Assembly: GCF_036365525.1 (NCBI RefSeq) | Contig: NC_090404.1 | Coordinates: 7,006,001 to 7,070,000 of the forward strand | Length of the DNA stretch: 64,000 bases | Direction of reading: 5' to 3' | Source: Heterodontus francisci | Taxonomy: Eukaryota | Shown: piece after piece, positions 22,621-32,850 of the stretch | How the letters are laid out: every line of letters starts with the position of its first letter | Position numbering within the stretch: position 1 is the stretch's first letter | Notes under the pieces: generated by a model | Seen by the model: the letters and a program-made list of their open reading frames with translations, nothing else | Told to the model about the DNA's origin: nothing | The model's database searches: none | Position numbers and translations under genes: made by a program

Positions 22621-24042
22621 CTGCTAGAAAAATGCTTAATGTTTTCAGGTGCCATTTTATATCTATAATTTTACATTAACATTATATGACGTCATTGCTG
22701 TTAAACTTCCAAATACTAATGTCACAAATCGCAACATCAGGAGCACAATTACAAAACTGATGCAATTCCAGTTCATTGTATCATGGAATCTGACAGCACA
22801 GAAGGAGGCTATTGAGCACACGGTGTCGATTCTTTGAAAGAGCTGTCCAATAAGTTCCACTCTCCTGATCTTTCTACGAAGCCCAGAACATTTCCCTTTG
22901 TCAAGTAATTATCCTATCCCCATTTCGTAATTACTATTGAATCTGAATCAGGGAATTCATTCCAGCTCATAACAACTCGCTGCATAAAAAAAGATTGCCT
23001 CATCCCCTCCCCTACTTTATTTACCATTCATATTAAATCTGTGTCCGACGTTGCTGCCAGTGGAAACACCATCTCATTAGCAACACTATCAAAATGTGCA
23101 TAATTTTGAACACTGCTATTGAGTCTCAGTACAACCTTTCCTGCTCTAAGGAGAACAAACGCAGTTTCTCGAATCTTTCTATATAACTGAAGTCTATCAT
23201 CACTGATCCAATTGCACTGAATCTCCTCTGCAACCTCTCCAAGGCTTTAACATCCTCCCTGAAGTATGGATTGAAATAAACTCAACCATTATTTTGACTT
23301 CAGATTATATCTAAGGATTCATGGTCTCTTAAAATTGGTTTGTGCAGTGATCTGAGTATAATTAATATTGATTAAAAGTAATATTCCTGGTTCTGACCGA
23401 ACAGTCAGTGACCGATGTGCTTAACAACATCGGCCTCAGCAGGATCACTGACGCTACCTGCTGGTGGGACGTTTCATTATATTAACAGTGTTATATAAAT
23501 CTCAGTTGTGGTTGTGGACATGAGGAACAACATTTTTATGCCATGCGCTGTTATGATCTGGAATGCACCACCTGATAGACCAGTAGAAGCGGATGTAATA
23601 GCAATATTCAGAAGCAAAAGGGAATTTGGTTCAATAATTGATGTGCAAAAATTATGTATGAAGCGAACAGTTTGTGTGTGCTCTTTAAAGTTGTTCCCAT
23701 CAAGCAGATGAGAGCAAGAGATCTGAGTGGACATTAGGACTTTGCAGTAGCCCATCCGGCAGTGCTGCGAGGCCAATTAAACCATCGTCCTTGTAACTTA
23801 TTGTCTGATATTCACCATCTCTCCCGACCACGCTGATGGATGAGTTGCTGAAAACGTTTTAATTATTTCCTGGGATGTGTGCGTCGCTGGCAAGACCAGC
23901 ATTTTTTGTCCATCCCTAGTGCAATGAAAACCTTAAACCACTGAAGGATTTGGTAGTTTTGCAAAGCCACCGTTTGAACGAAAAATGCCTTAAATATGAA
24001 AATGTGGAATGGAGGGTACACCCATGGAGGTAGGACTGTAAC

Positions 24043-24196
24043 AAAAACAAGAAATGCTGGAATCACTCAGCAGGTCTGGCAGCATCTGTGGAAAGAGAAG
24101 CTGGTTAACAGATGCTGCCAGACCTGCTGAGTGATTCCAGCATTTCTTGTTTTTGTTTCAGATTTCCAGCATCCGCAGTATTTTGCTTTTATTTTA
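24043..24196. mobile_element. Tiny palindromic Penelope terminal-repeat insertion
   Basis: Perfect 50-bp inverted arms 24040-24089 and 24108-24157; 16-bp TSD GAGGTAGGACTGTAAC at 24027-24042 and 24197-24212. Confidence 0.85.
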
Positions 24197-24475
24197 GAGG
24201 TAGGACTGTAACCTGGGTTAGGAATTTAAGGAGGAGATGGTGACGCAGTGGTAATACCACTGCATTAGTAATCCAGATGCTCAGGGTAATGGCCGAGAGA
24301 CTTGAGTTCAAATCCCACCAAGGCAGCGGTTGGAATTTAAATTCAATTAATTAATACAAAATGAATTGAAAATCTGGAATTGAAAGCTAGTCTCAGTAAT
24401 GGCGCCGTAAAAATTATCATTGATTGTCGTAAAAACACATCTGGTTCACTAATGTCCTCCAGGGAAGGAAACCTA

Positions 24476-25564
24476 CCAAGTGTTCCCCTTGTCCCCACTT
24501 TCCACCCCACCAGCCTCCATATCCAAAGGATCATCCTCCGCCATTTCTGTCACGTCCAGCGTGATGCCACGACCAAACACATCTTCCCCTCCCTTTTCCT
24601 GTCAGCATTCCAAAGGGATCATTCACTCTGCGGCACCCTCATCCACTCCTTCATTACCCCCCATCACCTCATCCCCTTCCCACAGCACCGACCCCTGCAA
24701 TCACAGGAAGTGCAATACCTGCGCTTTGACCTCCTCTCTCCTCACTATCCAAGGCCGCAAGCACTTCTTTCAGGTGAAGCAGCTATTTATTTGCACTTCT
24801 TTCAAATTAGTATACTTTATTCGCTGCTAACAAGGCGGTCGCCTCTACACTGGGGAGACCAAATGCAGATTGGTTGACCACTTTGTGGAACGCCTCCGCT
24901 CAGTCCGTAAGCATGACCCCGAGCTTCCGCTTGCTTGCCATTTCAACACCCCACCCTCGCCCATCGCTCTCAAGCTCACATCTCTCTCCTGGGATTACTG
25001 CAGCGTTCCAGTGAACATCAACGCGAGCTCGAGGAACAGCATCTCATTTACCGATTAGGCACACTACAGCCTGCCGGACTGAACACTGAGTTCAATAATT
25101 TCAGAACATGACAGGCCCCTTTTTATTTTTAGTTATTTTTTCTTTTTTATTTGTTTATTTTATTTTAATTTGTTTCGTTTGTTTCTACTGTGTCTACCCT
25201 TTTTGTTTAATGTTTGTGCTTGGGCTGTTCATTTTCCAGTCAATTGACACCTTCTCTGTACCAATGCTTTGGCTTTCAGAACAGCATTAACATACCGTTT
25301 GCCTTTGATCCATGACCTTCTGGTCAGTTATTCTCTTTGACCTTGTCCTATCAACAACTTCTATTTTGTTATCTCTTGCCTCACCCCCGCTTTACTTGCC
25401 TATAACCTTTTACATTTCTAGTATTTGTCAGGTCTGATGAAGGGTCACTGACCTGAAACGTTAACTCTGCTTCTCTCTCCACAGATGCTGCCAGTCTTGC
25501 TGAGTATTTCCAGCATTTTTTGCTTTTATTTCAGATTTCAGCATCCGCAGTATTTTGGTTTTAT
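24476..25564 (+). mobile_element. Penelope-like element 3' fragment (decayed GIY-YIG)
   Basis: VPLVPTFHPTSLHIQRIILRHF...; closely similar to 8320-9442. Confidence 0.88.
25430..25466 (+). ncRNA. Minimal hammerhead ribozyme motif with intact catalytic core
   Basis: CTGATGA-AG-GGTC/ACT/GACC-T-GAAAC-GT-T; palindromic helix III (AACGTT). Confidence 0.65.
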
Positions 25565-26427
25565 GAACTTGCCATTCTTACCTGGTCTGGCCGACATGTG
25601 ACTCCAGACCCACAGCAATGTGGTTGACTCTTAGCTGCCCTCTGAACTCAATTTGTGGGCAATCTGGGATGTTCAGCAAATGCTGGCCTGCCTGCGACAC
25701 AACATCCCATGAAAGAGGAAAAAAAAATCTTTTCTCTATGTCACTTACCACCAGAATCCCAATCCTGATTAATTTCAGCACAGTGGGATGGTGCCTCCTG
25801 TTAGTTACACTCGGATATTATTCTCACAGGTTCAGTCGATATTTGGGAAACAGACTCATATTCCCCATCGGGAAATTAGCAACACTGTCAGATGATGGCG
25901 GTAAGATATTATCTCAAAGTGATAAAGGCAGGGTTTGAATGTAGATGAATGTGACTGAGGTGGTTGACGGGGGCCTGGTTTGATGAACCTTCCGTTGGGG
26001 ACACACAAGGAGAAGATTTCTTCTGGTTTCGCTGTGGAAATCTCCTGTGAAAACTGGTTGAACGAAAACGCAAGCTCATTCTTTTCAAATGTGATCACTG
26101 TTTTGCTAGAGATAGCGACCAGGGGAAATCTATCCGACAGAGGGGGTAGTTCAGTGTAAACAGGGTATGCGGATGATAATGAAGTTGATGCTCTCGATGA
26201 ACATAAACAAACACTCAGTGTGATTGATGTCGGCCTGTAAAGTATACCCAAACCTCAGGAAAGACGATGCTTTCCTCACATCATGGACTGCACGCACTGA
26301 CTCACTGACTCCACCATCAGATACTTCATTCAGTGGCTCAAAGGTGCTTTGACCCTCATTTAAGTCTCGTTTCAATATATGGCGGGTGGATTGGACACTG
26401 CTTCAAGCCAGAGGAACAATGGGACCA

Positions 26428-26494
26428 GGAAGTGACGTTGAACCAATAGGAGCCTCTGACGGAATTGTTCCGGTGCAGGATTGGCCTTTTAAAG
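26428..26494 (+). promoter_or_regulatory. TCR V-type promoter: ETS/CRE decamer, CCAAT and TATA-like boxes
   Basis: GGAAGTGACGTTG 26428-26440, CCAAT 26443-26447, TTTTAAAG 26487-26494, all just upstream of the leader ATG. Confidence 0.55.
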
Positions 26495-26518
26495 AGACCG
26501 ACAGGTTCGGTCTCGGCA

Positions 26519-26570
26519 ATGGCCATGCGGATATTCAGCGCCTGGGTTGTGTGTGCGGTGTTTATACTTG
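26519..26570 (+). pseudogene. Leader exon of TCR alpha/delta V pseudogene 1
   Basis: MAMRIFSAWVVCAVFIL(G), phase-1 GTAAGG donor at 26571, 105-nt intron. Confidence 0.8.
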
Positions 26571-26675
26571 GTAAGGATGACTTCAATCATGTTGTCTCCA
26601 AGTTACTGTGTTAATATTATTTCAGTAACGCCTTTTAATTCTCTATCTTGTCTTCGTCCTGAACGCATGTTACAG

Positions 26676-26955
26676 ATCAAAGTGATGGCGATACTGTTAC
26701 TCAGTCCCAGTCTTCAGAAAGCGGGAGAGAAGGTGAAGCAGTGACTATAAGATGTACCTATAGCACAGGTATTAGTTATATTGGTACCGGCAACAAGCAG
26801 AAAAAGACTCTCAGTTTGTTGTGTGGAGATGGTCTGGGGATACACGACAATTGAAAGGAGAAGATGTTGGAATTCGTTTCTCTGCTGAGCTCCAGACCGC
26901 GACTAAATTCACCAGTTTAACTATCTCGGGTCTGCAGCTGACTGACTCTGCCGTT
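26676..26955 (+). pseudogene. TCR alpha/delta-type V exon, pseudogene 1 (CDR1 frameshift, truncated before YYC, no RSS)
   Basis: DQSDGDTVTQSQSSESGREGEAVTIRCTYSTGISY //frameshift// YWYRQQAEKDSQFVVWRWSG...RFSAELQTATKFTSLTISGLQLTDSAV. Confidence 0.85.
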
Positions 26956-27346
26956 CTCCTTCCTTCACCATCAGTGGATTAAAGTCATATTGCCTTTATT
27001 GCCAGTCTCCAATTACCCTGAGATGAAGACTCCAACCCCAAACGGATGATGTAGACTTTTAATAGCTTTGTGTCATGGACCCGCAAGACGGGCAATTGTA
27101 AAAGTGCAAGTAAAAATGGAAAATAGATGCCATTCTTAACAGCACCAACCAGGTCCGGGGACTGAATACAAAAAATCACATGAGCCAATTCAACACCTGA
27201 CTAACATCATCTCACACTGATCATTGCACCCGTTCTCCTTCCTTCACCATCAGTGGATTAAAGTCAAACAACATTCTCCATGAAATCAGTGTGATACTTC
27301 ACGAATATTGTACCGGGTGCTCTGCGTTTCAGATCTTCACATTCAA

Positions 27347-28480
27347 GAACACAAGAAATAGGAGCAGGAGTAGACCATGTGGCCCATCGAGCCTGCTCCG
27401 ACATTCAATACAATCATGGTTGATCTTAGACTTCAACTCCACTTTCCTGTCCCTTGATTCCCTGAGAGACCAAAAAACTGCCTATCCCAGTCTGAAAATT
27501 ATTCAACGATGGAGCATCCACAACCCTCTGGGGGAGAGAATTCCAAAGAATAACAACCCGTTGAATGAAGTAATTTCTCCTCATCTCAGTCCTAAATGAT
27601 CGTTGCCTTCTCCTTAGACTGTGTCCCCGTGTTTTAGATTCCTCGATCCACGAATACAATCTCACAGTTCCTATCCTATTCAGCCCCGTCAGAATCTTGA
27701 ATGTTTCAATGAGATCGCCTTTCATTCTTCTAAACTGCAGAGAACATAGGCCCAATGTACTCATTGTACTCTCATCATTAGAAAATCCCCTCAACCTAGG
27801 GACCAGTTTAGTGACCCTTCGCTGTACCGCCTCCAGTGCAAGTATATTCTTTCTTCCATGTGGAGACCAAAACTGCAGCCAGTATTCCAGGTGCGGTCTG
27901 ACCAAACCATGTACAATTTTAGTAAGACTTCTTTATTCCTGTACTCCAATCCCCTTTCAATGAAGGCCAACATGCCATTTGCCTTCCTAATTGCTTGCTG
28001 TACCTGCATGTTAACTGTCTGTGTTCTTTGCACAAGTACACCCAAGTCTCTTTGAACATCAACACTTACAAGTTTCACACCTTGAAAAAAATATTCTGCT
28101 TTTCTATTCTCACCGCCAAAGCGAATAACTTCACACTTCCCTACATTATATTGCATCTGCAATCTTGTTGCCCGCTCACTTAACCCGTCTATATCTCTTT
28201 GCAGCCTCCCTGTATCCTCCCGACAGCTTACCTTTCCATCCATCTTTCTAGCAGCAGCAAACGTAGATACATTACCCTCTGTTCCTTCATCTATGTCATT
28301 GATATAGATTGTAAATAGCTGAGGCCCCAGAGCTTATCCTTGTGACACTCCACTATTCACTGCCTGCCAACTTGAAAATGCCTAATTCATGGCCACTCTT
28401 TGCTTCCTGTACATAAACCAATCCTCTATCCAGGCTAATATATTAACCTAAACGCAATAAGCCCTTGTCTTGCCTATTAA
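27347..28480 (-). mobile_element. CR1-type LINE 3' fragment
   Basis: VRPHLEYWLQFWSPH...RGHSLR...RNYFIQRVVILWNSLP. Confidence 0.88.
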
Positions 28481-28817
28481 CCTTTTATTTGAATATTGAA
28501 CTGCGGGGTCCCAGTGTGGGGATACTGCGGCCGTTATGGAGTTTGGGCTTTTCGCTTTCTGGGCTCCTCTGGTATTGTTGTTTGATTATTATATTTGTGT
28601 TTATTACTGCGACTTTCTGCACATTCCACTATTGATAGAACTGACGTACATTCATCTACCTCTAGTTCTATTAGCCTCTCTGTCTATCTATCTGCCTGTA
28701 TTATTATATTTCCAACTATCCCACTCTTCCCCTGTTAGTCAATCAATTCATCTTCGGCTGCTTCCTTTGTCTCCGGACCAAGGTTTCCTTAAAATGAGAA
28801 GCATATTATCTCTTCTA

Positions 28818-28818
28818 C

Positions 28819-28882
<64 letters not shown>
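28818..28882. repeat. (ATCT)n microsatellite
   Basis: About 16 perfect tetranucleotide units. Confidence 0.95.
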
Positions 28883-28883
<1 letters not shown>

Positions 28884-28948
28884 GATCTCTCTGTCTATTA
28901 TCTATTCGACGTTCTGCATCCACGGTTAACCAGGAATATTTTTTGCGG

Positions 28949-29233
28949 GAGTGAGTTATGGTGACTCTGTCAGACAGTGGCCAACAGAAGCCCAATATTT
29001 GGAAGGAGTTTCGATGAGCATTAATTGTATCTATTCAAACTCCAATGTGAGCTATTCTGTGCAGCTTTATCGTCAGAGCCAGAACATGGCTTCCACTTTC
29101 GGAATTCAGGCATATCCCGATGGAATGTACGAAGTTAACGGTCATTCTGGAAACGTTCGCAATTCGAGCTTTTCTCATCGTGACTGGGCTGCAGCTCGTT
29201 GACAGCGCCCTGTACTACTGTGTCTTGAACCTA
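28949..29233 (+). pseudogene. TCR alpha/delta-type V exon, pseudogene 2
   Basis: GVSYGDSVRQWPTEAQYLEGVSMSINCIYSNSNVSYSVQLYRQ...NSSFS //2-nt shift// LIVTGLQLVDSALYYCVLNL; acceptor reads CGG instead of CAG (28946-28948); invariant Trp replaced by Leu. Confidence 0.82.
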
Positions 29234-29270
29234 CACAGAAAAAGACCTCGGGATACTTCGTACAAATACC
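29234..29270 (+). other. Damaged 23-RSS of TCR V pseudogene 2
   Basis: CACAG + 23 nt + ACAAATACC (29262-29270); consistent with CACAGTG having lost TG. Confidence 0.7.
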
Positions 29271-29289
29271 GTGTTCTGTAAGGTCTTTG

Positions 29290-31630
29290 GTAGGCGGTGA
29301 AGGAACCAATAGGAGGGGAAAATATACTTGCCCTTGTCCTAACCAATCTGTCTGCCGCACATGCATCTGTCCATGACAATATTTGTACGAGTGACCACCG
29401 CACAGTCCTTGTGGAGACAAAGTCCCGTCTTCATCATGAGGATACCCTCCATCGTTGTGTGGCACGACCACCGTGTTAAATGAGATAGATTTCGAACAGA
29501 CATAGCAATGCAAAACTGAGCATCCATGAGGCGCTGTGGGCCATCAGCAGCAGCAAAACTTTACAACTGCAATCTGTAACCTCATGGCCCAGCATATTCC
29601 CCACTCTATCATTGTGAATCATCAGCGAACATCCCCACTTCTGATCTTATGATTGAAGGAAAGCCAGGGAACCAACCCTGGCTCAATGAAGAGTGCAGAA
29701 GGGCAAGCCAGAAGCAGCACCAGGCATACCTCAAAATGAGGTGTCAACCTGCTGAAGCTGCAACACATGACTACTTGCTTGCCAAACAGCGTAAGCAGCA
29801 TGCGATAGACAGAGCTAAACGATCCCATAACCAACGGATATGATCTAAGCTCTGCAGTCCTGCCACATCCAGCCATGAATGGTGGTGGACAATTAAACAA
29901 CGAACCGAAAGAGGTGGCCACAAATATCCCCATCCTCAATGATGGGGGAGCACAGCACATCAGTGCAAAAGATAAGGCCGAATCAGTTGCAATAATCTTC
30001 AGCCAGAAATGCAGAGTGGATGATCCATCTCAGCCTCCTCCTGAAGTCCCCAGCATCACAGATGCCAGACCGAAGGCACTGGATACTGCAAAGTGTATGG
30101 GACCTGACAACGTCCCAGCAATTGTACTGACGACCTGTGCTCCAGAACTTGCTGCGCCCCAAGCCAAGCTGTTCCAGTACAACTACAACACTGGCATCTG
30201 CCCGGCAATGTGGAAAATTGCCCAGGCATGTCTGGTACTCTAAAAGCAGGACAAATCCAATCCGGCCAATTACATGCGCCAAACCACCCCCCGCCCCCAC
30301 CCCACCTCCCCACAAGTCCACGTTCAATCATCAGTAAAGTGATGAAAGGTGCCGTCGAAAGTGCTATCGTGCAGCATTTACTTAGCAATAACCTGCTCAG
30401 TGACGCTACGTTTGGGTTCCGCCAGGGCCACTCAGGGGCCGACCTCTTTACAGCCTTGGTTCAAGCATAGAAAAAAGAGCTGAACGCAAGAGGTGAGGCG
30501 AGAGTGACTGCCCTTTACATCAAGACAACATTTGACCGAGAATGACAGCAAGGAACCCGAGCAAAACTGAGGTCAATGGGAAACAGGGGAAAACTCTCCA
30601 CTGGTTGGAGTCGTACCTAGCGCAAAGGAAGATGGTTGTCGTTGTTGGAGGTCAATCATCTCAGCTCCAGGACATCACTGCAGGCGTTCCTCAGGGTAAT
30701 GTCCTAGGCCCCACCATTTTCAGCTGCTTCATCAATGACCTTCCTTCAATCATAAGGTCGGAAGTGGGGATGTTTGCTGATGATTGCACAATGTCCAGCA
30801 CCATTCATGACTCCTCAGATACTGAAGCAGTCCGTGTAGAAATGCAGCAAGATCTGGACAATATCCAGGCTCGGGCTGATAAGCAGCAAATAACATTCGT
30901 GCCACACAAGTACCAGGCAATGACCATCTCCAACAAGAGAGAATCTAACCATCTCCCCTTGACATTCAATGGCGTTACCATCGCTGAATCCCCCACTGTC
31001 AACATCCTGAGGGTCACCATTGACCAGAAACTGAACTGGAGTAGCCATATAAGAGCTACAAGAGCAGGTCAGATGCGAGGAATCCTGCGGCAAGTAACTC
31101 ACCTCTTGACACTCCAAAGCCTGTCCACTATCTACAAGGCACAAATCAGGAGTGTGATAGAATACTCTCCACTAGCCAGGATGGGTGCAGCTCCAACAAT
31201 ACTCAAGAAGCTCGACACCATCCAAGACAAAGCAGCCCGCTTGATTGTCACCACATCCACAAACATTCACTCCCTCCACCGCCGCACACAGTGGCAGCAG
31301 TGTGTACCACCTACAGGATGCACTGCAGCAGCGCACCAAGGCTCCTTCGACAGCACTTTCCAAACCCGCGGCCTCTACCAAATAGAAAGACAAGAGCAGC
31401 AAATGGTTGGGAACAACACCACCTGCAAGTTCCCCTCCAAGCCACACACCATCCCGATTTGGAACTATATCACCATTCCTTTCCTATCGCTGGGGGAAAT
31501 CCTGGAACTGCCTGCCTAACAGCACTGTGGGTGTCCCTACCCCACATGGACTGCAGCGGTTCAAGAAGGCTACTCACCACCACCTTCTCAAGGGCAATTA
31601 GCGACGCCCACATCCCATCAATGAAATAAA
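29290..31630 (+). mobile_element. CR1/L2-superfamily LINE (second family), decayed ORF2
   Basis: SDH, GPDNVP, GVPQGNVLGP, FADDCT and YKAQIRSVIEYS; ends CACATCCCATCAATGAAATAAAA. Confidence 0.88.
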
Positions 31631-31689
31631 AAGCACATTCATCTGCTTTATTTGTATACTTACTTGCGTGTGATACGAAGAATAATCTG

Positions 31690-32110
31690 GAGATTACTAC
31701 TTCTGAGCTCTGGCATGCTAATTTCCTCCCTATCTCCCTAAATTCTGATGAAAGAGACCACATCCCCCTTTCTGCCGATGTCATTGATACCAATATGGAC
31801 CACGACTGCTGGCTGTTTATGATCTCCCCATCAGGGTGCGCTGCAGACATTCGGTCACATGTTTGACCCTGGCACCAGGAAGGCAACACACCATCCTGGA
31901 TTCACATCTGCATCCACAGAACGCTGTTTATTCCCCTAACGATCGAATCTCCTACCCATGTTGCTCTTGCAGTCTTCTTTTCGCCCTCTGCGCAGCTGAG
32001 CCAAGCGTGGTGCCATGGACGTGGATCTGGCTGCACTTCCCAGATGAACCAAAACTTTTATTAGTATTCAGAACTGAATACTGATTGGAGAGTGAGATGC
32101 ACTTGGGTTG
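31690..32110 (-). mobile_element. CR1 ORF1 esterase fragment
   Basis: Minus strand encodes VCCLPGARV and AVVVHIGIND-like motifs. Confidence 0.6.
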
Positions 32111-32639
32111 CAGACACTTCTGCGCCGTCTTTTGCTGGGCTCCCACGTCATTGAGGATGAGGGTGATTTTGGAACCTATTTCTCCTGTCAGCTGTTTAAT
32201 TGTCCAACATCGTTCATGACTATATGTGGCAGGACTGTGGAGCTTTAATCTGATCCATTGGTTGTGGGACTACTTCGCTCTGTGTATCACATGCTGCTTC
32301 CACTGTTTAGCATGTATGTAGTTCTGTGTTGTCGCCTCCTCAGATTGACACCGCATTTTTAAGTCTATGGAGACTAAAAATCCGGGCAGCTCCTGGCTGG
32401 AAGGAAGTTGGGTTTATACTCACTCTTGTAATGACTGGACCATTGAGGGCAGTGGGTCCCATAATTCACAGCGGCTGAGAAAGGCCCCAATCTGTGGCAC
32501 GGGCCACGTTACATTCTGAGACAACCCGCGACAAATGCGCACATCCGCAAACGGTTTAACCAAAGCTTTTTATATCCCCGCGTGGACAAACTTTCACTTT
32601 TATAGATTAAGATCGAGTGGTATTTTAATGGAAAGTGAA

Positions 32640-32850
32640 GTCGGTTTTCTTTTCAATCAGTTGCTCTTTTATATAAACGGCTAACATGGGCAGTATGTGA
32701 CATCTCACAAACATGGCGGACGTCAGTTTGACTGGCAGTGGGTGACGTCACAATGCTTCCCCTCGTCACCGCACTGTGATTTGCTGTTTCCAACATTTAT
32801 TCAGGATCAGGGGTCACGAGCCATCTCCAGCCTCCTCTCAGCACCTGTGA
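32640..32850 (-). promoter_or_regulatory. CRE/YY1/TATA element in the cluster B 3' flank
   Basis: TGACGTCA 32743-32750, AACATGGCGG 32710-32719, minus-strand TTATATAAAAG at about 32666-32676. Confidence 0.45.

Larger units (their letters stand above)
24236..25728 (+). mobile_element. tRNA-derived SINE split by a Penelope insertion (SINE halves about 24236-24475 and 25565-25728)
   Basis: Head with GCAGTGG box A and GAGTTCAAATCCC box B; 3' half ends CAACATCCCATGAAA-A-rich like the second LINE family. Confidence 0.65.

Noticed and set aside
28505-28575. MEFGLFAFWAPL leader-like ORF, and CAGTGTG-GGGATAC resembling a TCR delta D with RSS
   Set aside because: The donor is phase 0 for this ATG whereas V2 needs phase 1; the nonamer is weak and there is no 3' RSS. 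It may be the decayed V2 leader, but this cannot be supported.
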